A stretch of DNA of 55,893 nucleotides from Nemertoderma westbladi. Lineage: Eukaryota > Animalia > Xenacoelomorpha. Each line of letters opens with the position of its first letter. Within the stretch, counting starts at the first letter, position 1. The notes beneath the pieces were generated by a model. It did no database searches. It saw only the letters and a program-made list of their open reading frames with translations, and was not told where the DNA came from. This document shows positions 12,233 through 25,564 of this stretch, one piece after another. The stretch covers positions 1 to 55,893 of the forward strand of contig JAUCBJ010006972.1 in the NCBI GenBank assembly GCA_032718475.1, in the 5' to 3' direction. The translations under genes and the position numbers were made by a program.

Positions 12233-13628
12233 CAGTACCGCTTTCAAATAACGTCGTATTGGAACCTAATAGGATCCTATTAGGATCCAAGTCACTGATT
12301 CACTACTATTGGAGTTAGGATTTAATTGGAAATGAAATTTAGCCCAAATTCCAGACTTGGAGGCACTTAGGATTTGACTTGGATTTCATTAGGAATTTAC
12401 TTGGAAATCGGCGCTTACTTTGATGTCTGGAAGGTGGACTGACTCCGACTATGCTTGTGCTGGTCTACTTCTTCTCTATCCTGTCAATCATTAAGATGTA
12501 TAGAATGGACTAGACTCAGCCTAAAGTTTGCGTAGTGTTCAGTTCATTACATTGAGGTATGGATATCGATGGAAGATTACACTCCTCCTACTGTACCTTG
12601 TATTGCCAGCCTCTCCCTCTGAGGTAAATAATATTTAAAATATAAACTCTAATAGATGAAATCCACACACATCCGCACATAGTTAACGTCCGTGGGCTGG
12701 TGGGCTCTGGAATAATATAAAATCGTATTCAACTTACAAATAAATGTAGGATCACACACTGTATTTATTACTATTGAAAATATTTAGAGTAATAAAGAGT
12801 AAAACACAATGTTTGTGTAATTATTAATAGAATAAATATTAGTTTATTTTAATTTATTAGTTTAATTAATAATTAGACAGGGGCTAAAACTGGGCGACTA
12901 ATTAAATATATGTAATATTAAATGCTATATTTGCTACACCCACAAAGCACATTACACTCTCCAAGCAGATTCCGCAACATGTCACAATCCGTATCGCTAC
13001 CACTACGAAAAATAAATGACATAACATCCTACAGGAATTAACAGACCCTTATGAGTTTAGTGGCGGTTTGTAACAAACTTATCCTCTTGGCATATTGATA
13101 TTAATATTAATTATAAATTATATTTATTATACCATGGGAATGGTAAAATTGCCAGATCTAAAAAGTTCGCACAATAATTTAAATAAAATTATTAAAAGTT
13201 TGGCGTCCGAATACAATCAGATTACGCCTTAGCAGCCCAACTACTTGTTGAGGCTCACTCAACGTGTTGGCGGGCCTATTTTACACAATCGGCGTTACCT
13301 TTACCATATGGTAGTTAATTTGTCCAGATGTTGAGTTACAGCCAGTAGTGTGTTCTTTGCATATTTAACATTAGCCTATGGGGAGTATCGTTGTTGTAAG
13401 ATAAGTCAGGGGAAGGGAAAATACAACTCAACCACTAGACAAAGCGGCTCTCTTTACTATACTTTCAGCTATCCTGGGAGGTTGATTGACAGGCACTGCT
13501 AATCTTTGATATTTAGCCGCTCTAGGTAGACTTACATTAGGCAAATTCCAAGTGATTTCCTAAAGGTTATTTATTTCCTATTAGGTTCCTATTAGGATCC
13601 AATAGGACGTTATTTGAAAGCGTTACTG
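12233..13628. mobile_element. Tc1/mariner/pogo-like non-autonomous element
   Basis: TA|CAGTACCGCTTTCAAATAACGTC ... GACGTTATTTGAAAGCGTTACTG|TA; subterminal CCTAATAGG/CCTATTAGG repeats; no transposase ORF. Confidence 0.8.
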
Positions 13629-14416
13629 TATCTCACGATCTTGTCAATTTGTCGTCAACAAATTACTTGTAGACCTTCCGGTGTTGAATGTTAGATTAGA
13701 ACCCCCTTACAGTACTCCCACGCCTCCTGGGCATTCATAACTTTGTCCGGTGAACCAAAGTATAGATCCGTAGCAGAAGATATGCTCCCCCCCCCCCCCC
13801 CCCCCCCATGACAATGCTATCAAAGTGGGTTATTTATATTATCTCGAATTTCCCAACGTGTACAGAATATATGGATGGTTCCTTGCGAGAATTGAAAATA
13901 AATTTTCGTTTTAGATTACTTTTAGAGTTTTAGTATTGTTGTTTTATTGGAGTTTATTGGAGTTTTAGTATTGTTGTTTTTGCATGTTTATTTTAGAGTT
14001 TTACCGAGGTTCAGTATCAGCCAATCAGAGCATCACATTGCTAGACTTCCGATCCTTACTCTTTTTTTTCATTTCAGGGCAGACTTTTGACAGAAAGCAA
14101 CCTGCCTGTCCTAATAATGTTATAATAATCTACATATACTACATATTATCGGATCCATTTATATAAATATATGTAAAGTAAACATATCCTGAGTTTATAG
14201 CCTCAGCGATCGTATTGTACGACCCGTAATGTTTTACAAGTAAAATTTTCGTGAGCCCTCCGTGCAGCACCTGTATAATAATAAGTTATCAAGCCAATGC
14301 GAAGAATAAAATATTTTCACTTTTCGGGTGAAATTATATTGGAATGTTATGAAGAATTTTTTTTTTTATTTCTCCTTATTAAGTGTTTTATGGCGCTTAT
14401 TTCTGTCTTAACCTAC

Positions 14417-14590
14417 TGTGGGGCGAGCCACGAAGTGAGTGAGCCTTAGCGTAGTGGTACCATTAATCAACCTGTCGTTCTGTCGCGTTTTTTTTCAGTA
14501 TTTTATTTTAAACGTTAATAACTCGGCCAATCCTTGATGAAATCTATCCAAACTTGGTACACATGTTGTTTGGCAAAAGTTTGAAAATTT
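14417..14590 (+). mobile_element. HINE/DINE-1-like element, 5' part
   Basis: TGTGGGGCGAGCCACG start shared with 52757; core shared with positions 40-115. Confidence 0.55.
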
Positions 14591-15711
14591 TCCAAGTAGA
14601 ATTTGCGTGGGGCCTTCGTGCAGCATCAGTGTAACTGTTATTGCAGTTATAATACATTTATTTATCCAAATTTAAAATGCGTTAAATTATTATTACTGTA
14701 GGATAAATCAGCTGGTTTTCTGACAAATTTTGCAATTCTGCATGTAGGCCTACCATGTGTACCGGTACTACTACACACAGGCCATGACAAGGACTTTGCT
14801 GTGAAATTAGCGTAGGCTGACTGTGCTGATTATGGTACTGTCAGACTGTGGTACCTAAGCTATATACTGTTAGGTATATTGCTGTATTGGGGTGGGGTTA
14901 GGAATAATCCATTTGTTTTAGCATTGAACTGTTGAATCCCCTTATTTATTATAAAACCATTGGAAATATTCGCAAATGCCGCTCCATTACTGTCTGAAAC
15001 GCTCCCGACAGTCCGATGTATCTGGACTCGAGCAGCCGAGTTGCTTCAAGAGGTGATTAACGGGGGAATACTACGGAATTGCTTGTTTGTCAGTACGATT
15101 CTATTTGGGTATTTACTACACTCAGACACTGGGAATACGGCGGTCGGTCAGATCGTAATGCGGGCCACTGCCAAGTTCCTCATGCCTCACTCCGGTCACC
15201 CACCTTGGAGTGCGGTGGGAAGAGTCCCACTTACTGACTTACGTCGACGACTGGACGAATCGACGAGGATTGCGATCTGGGTTTAGCGGCGGCCCGGATC
15301 CTGGGATCTCCTGGGGGAAATGGTTGAACGTTGGGCAGACGTTATCGCACTGGATTACGTTCTCTGTGACGCGAAAGTGTGAAGCGAATTCGTTGTCGAA
15401 TTGGGTCGGAAGCTGCGGGAATTCTACTGTTCTACGGGAGTAAACCGCAGCGGTCCGGTGACTACGGACGGATACTACTGGGATAAGCAGGTATTTCGAT
15501 CGAGTTTCTCGTATTCTCGATGCTCGAGGCGGATAGAGAGTTGGTTGTGTTGGGCGGTGTTGTTCAATTCTATCAAACATATTAAATAATTGGTAAAATA
15601 ATAAAAACACACCAGATAAAGAGACTGAGCTTATGGTAAAGAGATAGGCCGAACTTACAATTTCCAAATAGATTGTTCATATAATAAATATATTTTTGGT
15701 ATTTGATTTCA

Positions 15712-16172
15712 ACTGGACGCAATAAAAATTCATCCCTCTCCAGGGGAAATTGGACGCAAATAACAACAGCTGATTATTCTCAAAAATAAAACTGTAACCT
15801 GTTATATTGTGTTTACTTTATTGTTTTGGTTAAAATAACGTGCCACTGTAACCTGCTCCTTTCCCAAAATTGAGAAATTAATATTGAGGCGAGTTATAGT
15901 TCATATGCGTACCTCTGGTATTTTCGTATTGCAAAAATAAGACTATAAGTATGAAATACCCTATGTTATTGAGATATTGTTTATTGTTTTGGTTAGAAAA
16001 GCCCACCACTGTAACCTGCTCCTTTCCGTTAATTAAGTAATGGAGATTAGTTTATTGTTTTGGTTAGAAAACACCACCACTGTAACCTGCTTCTTTTGCC
16101 AGAGGTACGCATATGAACGATAACCTTGAGGCGGGATATTAATTCGCCAAGATGGGATTTGCGTCCAGTCCC
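15712..16172. mobile_element. MITE with internal tandem and inverted repeats
   Basis: Ends ACTGGACGCAA / TTGCGTCCAGT; four TTATTGTTTTGGTT...CTGTAACCTG-type units; inner inverted repeat at 15899-15918 / 16099-16118; reverse-complement relative at ~46585-46870. Confidence 0.65.
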
Positions 16173-17041
16173 ACCCCCCTCCTGCCTCTTGATTTCACTA
16201 AAAAATAGAATACATTGCATTTTACTGTTATAATTACTGTATTGAATAAAATAATTAATTGATTGTTTATTAAACCGTGCTAAGCACGTTGAACTGGAGC
16301 TCTAACAATTCCCCACTAGCGGCAGACAGGAACTGTAAAAGTCTCTGTAGAATTTCTAATTAAGCAATGCTCTTAGGTAACTACTACTAAATTTCAGATG
16401 AATCTGATCGTTGGTTCTATAATTACAGCTATTTTTACGTTTCTGTTAATTCGCCCCCTAGCGGCAGACCGGGGAACTGTAGAAGTCTGTCTGTGTGTAG
16501 AATTTCTAAATTGTTTTATAGACTACATGTGTACCAAGTTTGGTTCCATTTCATCCATGATTGACCGACTTATTAGCGTTCCAACATTCCTGCCACGAAT
16601 AAAAGCTGCAGGAACTCGAGCGATAATTAATTTATTAATTATTAAATACTGTTTCAATTAAATTCTTTACGAAAATCTAGTCATCTTCTTTTAAATATGG
16701 ACCCTGCATTCGTGGAAAATATAATATTTGATAATTCATCAGTCAGCCTACGCTAATTTCACGGCAAGTCCTTGTCATGGCCTGTGTGTAGTAGGCCATG
16801 GTACCACCCTACTACCGGTACCGGCTGACCGCGTGACCGGTGGCAACTAGCACTTCAGCACTTGCACAGCAACAGCACTACCGGCGATACACAGGTTGAA
16901 ATTTATGTAGAGTTTGCTCAACAGTACAGATATAAAATAGTTATCTAAATTATATATATTACTATTGACAAGTATTGAAATATATACCGTTATTCGTGTT
17001 ATCAGTATTTGCAACATCTGACATTGAAGAGGTGAGAGAAG

Positions 17042-17390
17042 ATGAATACCGGCACTCAACAAAACCAACGCTTATCACAGGTCGGTATGGTTACCTCGAA
17101 ACCGGCGCGACTGTCCACTCGAATACAACTTCAAAACACAAACGCCAACAATAAACTGAAAGCGAATCGAACGTCTTCAGAAGAATCTGTCATTGGGACG
17201 AAGAAAAGGAAGCCGAAACCACGGGAATGGACCACAGCTAAGATTGAATGCTCCCATTGTCAGAGTTCCTGGACCGAAATTGAAACACCAATTGCCGATG
17301 GGCTTGATCTGATCTCTCAAACCAAAACTTCCTCTGCGGGGTTTGCGTGGCAGTAAAGATTGAAAGTCTGGAAGCTGGCATCCCTAGGTA
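17042..17390 (+). pseudogene. Possible frameshifted LINE ORF1 N-terminus with a degenerate PHD-like Cys pattern
   Basis: IECSHCQSSW in the listed ORF; after a frameshift near 17313, SNQNFLCGVCVAVKIESLE. Confidence 0.3.
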
Positions 17391-18859
17391 TTATTATTAT
17401 AAAGAGCGTCAGCCTGCGTTTAATAAATATATTTTAATACAAAGCAGGTCGAACGCAAAGAGGCTTATAATGAAGACGAGTACTGCATTGATTATATTCC
17501 TATAAACCACCTGGCTTTGCATATTGAACGTGCGTTTGGAAATAAGTTCGTGCTACCCTTCCGTGGGTGGTAGATGTCGTGGTTATGTATTGGTGGGTGG
17601 GGGAGGGGGGGGGGGGAGGGGGGGTGCAGATTAAAAGGGGTGAACACGTACTGCCTGTCGTATTCGCCCAAATACGGCAGTATAACTCTGGGTTCAGAGA
17701 ACGTGTACATATTGACAGGCGGAAATCCCCTGATACAGTACCAAGCATGTGTTTGATATAAATATTAGATTTCTACTTCCATACAATTTTCATTGATTCC
17801 GCAGGTCAATGTTATAATTAAAACAGTCAATTTGATATATTCTTCCGATTCAATAGGCGGCTTACACACCAGCTCCCACCCTACAGCCCTATTTATCCCA
17901 ATCCATCAATTTTTGTCACAGATGTGGTCTGAGGATACTACATTATACAAAATGAGTTTTCCATCCTGATAACTCTGTTTAATTGGACAATGTTTATAAT
18001 AATAACTTCACCTCGATCCATATACCATAAGCATTAAACAGTCTTGTAATGTAATAAATCTGCCCAATAACTCATTGAACCGGAAGGACGGACGCCCCGG
18101 GCTGACAACATAAATCAAAGCTAAAGTAAACATTATCTCTCCTTCATAGACTTGTCTTCAATATACTACCCAGAGATAGTCATTTACTATATAACATTGC
18201 CTTTCTTTCCATTTCTTTGTCACATTTTCTCAGTTACCCACCCCCCCCCCCCCCCCCCCCCCCCACACACACACCCCACCCCACCCCTAAGCAGTCTCAT
18301 CAAACCGCCTGAATTATTGCAGGAGTTAAAAGTATCACATTGTCCTAATCCAAATCAACTTGAGATACAAAGAGCAACGTTTATTTATTTATTTTTCAGA
18401 TACATCGCCAACACTTTCTTCTTTATGCTCATATTAAGTATACCGTAAAAACTCTTCCAGTGGCTCCCTACTGTAAGAAATGTACATACGCCAAATGTCA
18501 ATATGTGCGCCGCCTCGTCGGATTCCGAGTGGCCCACACCCGCTCAGGTGTGCCCACTGCGGATCTTCCGTAGTAAACCAATTTGGTCAGGTCAAATCCA
18601 AACATTCGTTGGAGATCACCAAATGGGGCGCTATGTGAAGTACCGTGCAGACACCACGATGAACACGTACTGTCCCCCTTTCTTTGATTAATTGGTGGTG
18701 TGGGTTAATCTCTCATAACCTGATTTTGTGATACAGTCGCACAATTTTAATTTGTATCTCATAACTGGGCCTCGTGCTGCGCGAAGGCCCCACGAACGTG
18801 TACTTACCTGTATGTATATATACTAGTGTAATTATATTATTGTTTTGACTTTGGAGATT

Positions 18860-19690
18860 AGGGGGACTGATGAATTTGGAGTACTCTTAGAATCACTAGA
18901 TGGAGCCCAACTGCTCCTCAGCTCATTAGAACAGGCTGCTTCTAGTGTTGGTCTTTTTGTTAACTCCAAGAAGACCAAAATTTTAACAGTTAACTTTGAA
19001 AGTCCTCAGGAAATGCCTGATCGTATGAGCATAAGCTCAAAGGATGGTATGCTTGAGCATGTTGACGACTTCTGTTACCTGGGATCATGGATCCGGAAGT
19101 CAGATGAGGACCTTCGAATACGTAATAGAAAGGCATGGGCAGCATTGAATGGGCTTTCCAGTATTTGGAAGTCACATAGAATTCATCGGAAACTTAAGGT
19201 CCGATTATTTAGAGCAGCAGTAGTTCCAGTACTCCTCTATGGGAGTCCATGCTGGGTTCTAACTGCTGAGGACACCAAATCTTTGGATGGCACATTCACA
19301 AGAATGCTACGCCGAGTTCATTGTGTCAAGTACAATGCACACATCTCCAACCAGACACTATATAACATTGGAGGTGTCTCATTGGTTCCCCCAAGCTTGA
19401 CACTAAAAAGTCGCCTCCGCTTTGCAGGACATTGTTTACGCCGTGAGGACCAGCCTGTGCACAATCTTGTACTTTGGCAGCCCCATGGAGAAAATACGAA
19501 TGGTGGACAGCCCATGACTTCTTGAGACGCCTCCTTAATAGCATTCTTAATGCACTCTGCATTGGCCTTGCCAATTGTGGATTGCATGGTGGTGACAAAA
19601 TGTTTTTGTTCATCTGGCATCTCGTTAATCTCAATGTGCCGTTTCAATGCAGCAGGCCGATTATAGTACAGTAGTACTGTAGTAGTAGTG
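18860..19690 (+). mobile_element. RTE-clade LINE copy 2, 5'-truncated RT C-terminus plus 3' UTR
   Basis: 226-aa ORF with GLFVNSKKTK, VDDFCYLGS, VLLYGS..W, RLRFAGHC motifs; (GTA)n tail. Confidence 0.92.
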
Positions 19691-19966
19691 TCTGAAGCCA
19701 GTATTAGAATAAAATATATAACTTGACATAGTACAGTATAATTATAATTGTTCGTTAAGATGGCTTGTAGCTTCTGCTACACGAAGGCCCCACTAGTGTA
19801 CCTAATGTTTATCTACAGCCGAATGGATACGAACATAAATTACAGTAGGTCACTTTGATTCATTTTTATTATTCTGGTAATTTTTGTATAGTTTCATCCT
19901 TTCACTTGTCTCATATATTTCATTAATATTTTTCACTGGTTTAACCACTATTGATATTTCATAGAT

Positions 19967-20200
19967 ATGGGCCACCGTGACTCACAGACAGCCAAGCTTC
20001 CCATTGATCAGTACCGAAAGCAAATAGGCCGACAGGTGAACCGAGTTAATAAGAAAGAAACCAAAGCCATGCGGCAGCGATCTGAGGCTAAAAGGGCCCA
20101 GGGCCAATCGTGGAGAGACTCCTTACTTATAATCGTAGGGGTCGGATTGGTTGGCGTAGCGGTCTACGTATTGGTTTGGCTTCAAATACCTTCTGCCTAA
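19967..20200 (+). CDS. TRIQK: Triple QxxK/R motif-containing protein
   Basis: MGHRDSQTAKLPIDQYRKQIGRQVNR matches vertebrate TRIQK MGRKDAATIKLPVDQYRKQIGKQDYK as remembered; basic middle region and C-terminal TM helix; acceptor TTTCATAG two bases before the ATG. Confidence 0.9.
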   Translation: MGHRDSQTAKLPIDQYRKQIGRQVNRVNKKETKAMRQRSEAKRAQGQSWRDSLLIIVGVGLVGVAVYVLVWLQIPSA

Positions 20201-21570
20201 CTTTAACTGTATATTCTCTATCCACAGTATATTATCTATTTATTGGTGAAATTAACAGAAATCGTTTGCCTAACTTTCCAGCGATACTCATTGGTGCTGT
20301 TAGCCAGGCCTTTGCCTAATTCCATGGGATGTTGTCCATTGGTTGGGCGGATACAATAACTGTTTGCCTGATTTCCACAGTATTTTGTCTAATAAGTGTG
20401 CCGATGTAGAAACACATTACCTAACTTCCGTGATTAATGGAGCGAATACTAAAGTACTGAAGTAGTTAGATAAGAATATTGGTGCGGTACCGGTATGCCC
20501 GGGACAATATGGAAGATGGTCGGTAAATTGCCTTTCCTAAATTGCATTGTCTTGCCGAAATTTTGTCTATGCAGTGCCAGCAGAAGCAAGGACACAATAC
20601 TGACTGGCCTACAACAAACTGTTGATGTGGACTTGATGCAAAAAATATTAAGTGTACATATGTAGAACCACATCCTAGTAAAGGTATATGTTGTAGGTCA
20701 TGATGGAACCAAACAGTATTTCCTAGGTACAAAAATAGATAGGAAAACGAAAAAATTTAAAATAAATTTATTGAAAAAGATTATTTAATAAATAGTAAAT
20801 AAAATAATAATGAGTAAATAATTTATACATGTTAAACAGTTAAAAAATAATATTTATTAAAAACTATAATAATCAATACTGTACAGTTAGTGTTACATAT
20901 AAATTCCGGTAATAAAACCCAACTAATGTAACAAACAATTATTATTCTGTCGTTTGGTGGGATTTATTAGGAGGCGATCCACCCCTAAACCTAATGTAAT
21001 GTACTTAACTTGGTTTGGACCACCAGAATATGAAAATATGGGTTGCAAAAAAATTTATATTATTATACATGTAATCCAGACAGATATTAATTCTTATGTA
21101 GGCCTATAGTACTGCTAGTTACCGCTAGGTGGTGTGCCTTATAAGATTGTAATATTTTCTGCAACTTATTTGAAACATTTGTAACTCTGGTTCTTCTTTC
21201 TGGGCCATTTGGCCTCAAACTTTTACCAATCAATACATAATATATCATAGTATCTTAAATCGTAAACAACATTGGCGAAAATTCGCACTAATTGCAAAAA
21301 TAAGTGTAAATGTTGTCTAACATTGAAATTTGTAATAATCGCTATTTCATGTTATAATCATTCATAGGCCTATGGTAGGCCTATGGTACAATGTCAGTTT
21401 TGCTTTATTTCGTATTTGGGAGTGATTTAAAGCTATAATCTTAACTTTTTATGCCAATGAAGTTGGTGAAACGGCCCATCATTAATATGGCGTAAAAGTC
21501 CAAGTTTTTTATTCGATTTCTGACTCATTTGTTTGGTGACTACAGTATTATTTCATCTTAAAGTCTATGA

Positions 21571-24500
21571 AATTGGCAGCGGACGGCCCCATATACGTGT
21601 TAATTGGCAGCGGACGGCCCCATATACGTGTTAATTGGCAGCGGACGGCCCCATATACGTGTTAATTGGCAGCGGACGGCCCCATATACGTGTTAATTGG
21701 CAGTGGGCGGCCCCATATACGTGTTAATTGGCAGCGGACGGCCCCATATACGTGTTAATTGGCAGCGGACGGCCCCATATACGTGTTAATTGACAGCGGA
21801 CGGCCCCATATACGTGTTAATTGGCAGCGGACGGCCCCATATACGTGTTAATTGGCAGCGGACGGCCCCCATATACGTGTTAATTGGCAGCGGACGGCCC
21901 CATATACGTGTTAATTGGCAGCGGACGGCCCCATATACGTGTTAATTGGCAGCGGACGGCCCCATATACGTGTTAATTGGCAGCGGACGGCCCCATATAC
22001 GTGTTAATTGACAGCGGACGGCCCAATATACGTGTTAATTGGCAGCGGACGGCCCCATATACGTGTTAATTGGCAGCGGACGGCCCCATATACGTGTTAA
22101 TTGGCAGCGGACGGCCCCATATACGTGTTAATTGGCAGCGGACGGCCCCATATACGTGTTAATTGGCAGCGGACGGCCCCATATACGTGTTAATTGGCAG
22201 CGGACGGCCCCATATACGTGTTAATTGGCAGCGGACGGCCCCATATACGTGTTAATTGGCAGCGGACGGCCCCATATACGTGTTAATTGGCAGCGGACGG
22301 CCCCATATACGTGTTAATTGGCAGCGGACGGCCCCATATACGTGTTAATTGGCAGCGGACGGCCCCATATACGTGTTAATTGGCAGCGGACGGCCCCATA
22401 TACGTGTTAATTGGCAGCGGACGGCCCCATATACGTGTTAATTGGCAGCGGACGGCCCCATATACGTGTTAATTGGCAGCGGACGGCCCCATATACGTGT
22501 TAATTGGCAGCGGACGGCCCCATATACGTGTTAATTGGCAGCGGATGACCCCATATACGTGTTAATTGGCAGCAGACGGCCCCATATACGTGTTAATTGG
22601 CAGCGGACGGCCCCATATACGTGTTAATTGGCAGCGGACGGCCCCATATACGTGTTAATTGGCAGCGGACGGCCCCATATACGTGTTAATTGGCAGCGGA
22701 CGGCCCCATATACGTGTTAATTGGCAGCGGACGGCCCCATATACGTGTTAATTGGCAGCGGACGACCCCATATACGTGTTAATTGGCAGCGGACGGCCCC
22801 ATATACGTGTTAATTGGCAGCGGACGGCCCCATATACGTGTTAATTGGCAGCGGACGGCCCCATATACGTGTTAATTGGCAGCGGACGGCCCCATATACG
22901 TGTTAATTGGCAGCGGACGGCCCCATATACGTGTTAATTGGCAGCGGACGGCCCCATATACGTGTTAATTGGCAGCGGACGGCCCCATATACGTGTTAAT
23001 TGGCAGCGGACGGCCCCATATACGTGTTAATTGGCAGCGGACGGCCCCATATACGTGTTAATTGGCAGCGGACGGCCCCATATACGTGTTAATTGGCAGC
23101 GGACGGCCCCATATACGTGTTAATTGGCAGCGGACGGCCCCATATACGTGTTAATTGGCAGCGGACGGCCCCATATACGTGTTAATTGGCAGCGGACGGC
23201 CCCATATACGTGTTAATTGGCAGCGGACGGCCCCATATACGTGTTAATTGGCAGCGGACGGCCCCATATACGTGTTAATTGGCATCGGACGGCCCCATAT
23301 ACGTGTTAATTGGCAGCGGACGGCCCCATATACGTGTTAATTGGCAGCGGACGGCCCCATATACGTGTTAATTGGCAGCGGACGGCCCCATATACGTGTT
23401 AATTGGCAGCGGACGACCCCATATACGTGTTAATTGGCAGCGGACGGCCCCATATACGTGTTAATTGGCAGTGGACGGCCCCATATACGTGTTAATTGGC
23501 AGCGGACGGCCCCATATACGTGTTAATTGGCAGCGGACAGCCCCATATACGTGTTAATTGGCAGCGGACGGCCCCATATACGTGTTAATTGGCAGCGGAC
23601 GACCCCATATACGTGTTAATTGGCAGCGGACGGCCCCATATACGTGTTAATTGGCAGTGGACGGCCCCATATACGTGTTAATTGGCAGCGGACGGCCCCA
23701 TATACGTGTTAATTGGCAGCGGACGGCCCCATATACGTGTTAATTGGCAGCGGACGGCCCCATATACGTGTTAATTGGCAGCGGACGGCCCCATATACGT
23801 GTTAATTGGCAGCGGACGGCCCCATATACGTGTTAATTGGCAGCGGACGGCCCCATATACGTGTTAATTGGCAGCGGACGGCCCCATATACGTGTTAATT
23901 GGCAGCGGACGGCCCCATATACGTGTTAATTGGCAGCGGACGGCCCCATATACGTGTTAATTGGCAGCGGACGGCCCCATATACGTGTTAATTGGCAGCG
24001 GACGGCCCCATATACGTGTTAATTGGCAGCGGACGGCCCCATATACGTGTTAATTGGCAGCGGACGGCCCCATATACGTGTTAATTGGCATCGGACGGCC
24101 CCATATACGTGTTAATTGGCAGCGGACGGCCCCATATACGTGTTAATTGGCAGCGGACGGCCCCATATACGTGTTAATTGGCAGCGGACGGCCCCATATA
24201 CGTGTTAATTGGCAGCGGACGGCCCCATATACGTGTTAATTGGCATCGGACGGCCCCATATACGTGTTAATTGGCAGCGGACGGCCCCATATACGTGTTA
24301 ATTGGCAGCGGACGGCCCCATATACGTGTTAATTGGCAGCGGACGGCCCCATATACGTGTTAATTGGCAGCGGACGGCCCCATATACGTGTTAATTGGCA
24401 GCGGACGGCCCCATATACGTGTTAATTGGCAGCGGACGGCCCCATATACGTGTTAATTGGCAGCGGACGGCCCCATATACGTGCTAATTGGCAGCGGACG

Positions 24501-24834
24501 GCCCCATATACGTGCTAATTGGCAGCGGACGGCCCCATATACGTGTTAATTGGCAGCGGACGGCCCCATATACGTGTTAATTGGCAGCGGACGGCCCCAT
24601 ATACGTGTTAATTGGCAGCGGACGGCCCCATATACGTGTTAATTGGCAGCGGACGGCCCCATATACGTGTTAATTGGCAGCGGACGGCCCCATATACGTG
24701 TTAATTGGCAGTGGACGGCCCCATATACGTGTTAATTGGCAGCGGACGGCCCCATATACGTGTTAATTGGCAGCGGACGGCCCCATATACGTGTTAATTG
24801 GCAACGGACGGCCCCATATACGTGTTAATTGGCA
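21571..24834. repeat. Tandem array, 31-bp unit AATTGGCAGCGGACGGCCCCATATACGTGTT, ~105 copies
   Basis: Head-to-tail repeats read directly, very few variants, no spacers. Confidence 0.98.
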
Positions 24835-25092
24835 AGAGGAACTCTCTTGGAGTCATTTTATCACATTTCATTGTAAAGTAAATTTCTAGAGCTGTAAAGT
24901 CAGCATTATTTCGTTATTAAATGTACAACTGTAATGTTATGTTGTCCTCTTGAGTCATAATCTAAGCTACAGATACTAAATAACAACTCGCTGTTGATAC
25001 TGAAGGTGTTTAAAGTAACGTTGCCATTTTTGGAATAAAATGATTATTTTTAATATAATGATTTTCTTATTTTCCTTTATTTATCGAATTAA

Positions 25093-25564
25093 GGGGGGGG
25101 GGGGGGGGGTAGGGGTAGAACATTTTGGTTATTTTTATGATCTATTATAATGCACGATTAAATGGTGTTTTCAAATCTAAAAACCGCTATTTAATATCTC
25201 TTTTAGTTTTCAAGTTATAACAATTTCCATTTAGGGAGACCTATTGAAATTTACTATTACTATATGTAATGAAAGGTCGATTATCTCCAAATATTTTTTT
25301 TAATGAAATTGTCAACTTCAAAACCCTACTACTTCTACAATTTGTGAGTAATTTAGTCTGAAAATTTTTGTGGGTGTCTAGTTAGCCACCCTGCACAAAA
25401 GCATCAGACAAGTTTTTGAAATTGTTTGTTAATAAAATTTAATAATATTTATAACAAACCTAAAAAATTTGCATAAATTTGCCGCGCCACCTAGCGGTGC
25501 AGAATAATTTTCACAAAATTTCACCTGATAGTTATGGTGTACCCCCCCCCCCCCCCCCCCCCCC
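25093..25564. mobile_element. Kolobok-like MITE copy 2 (shorter)
   Basis: Perfect TTAA at 25089-25092 and 25565-25568; poly-G and poly-C ends; body homologous to 7249-7700. Confidence 0.8.

Noticed and set aside
21571-24834. CRISPR array
   Set aside because: Units are contiguous with no unique spacers, there are no cas genes, and the context is eukaryotic.
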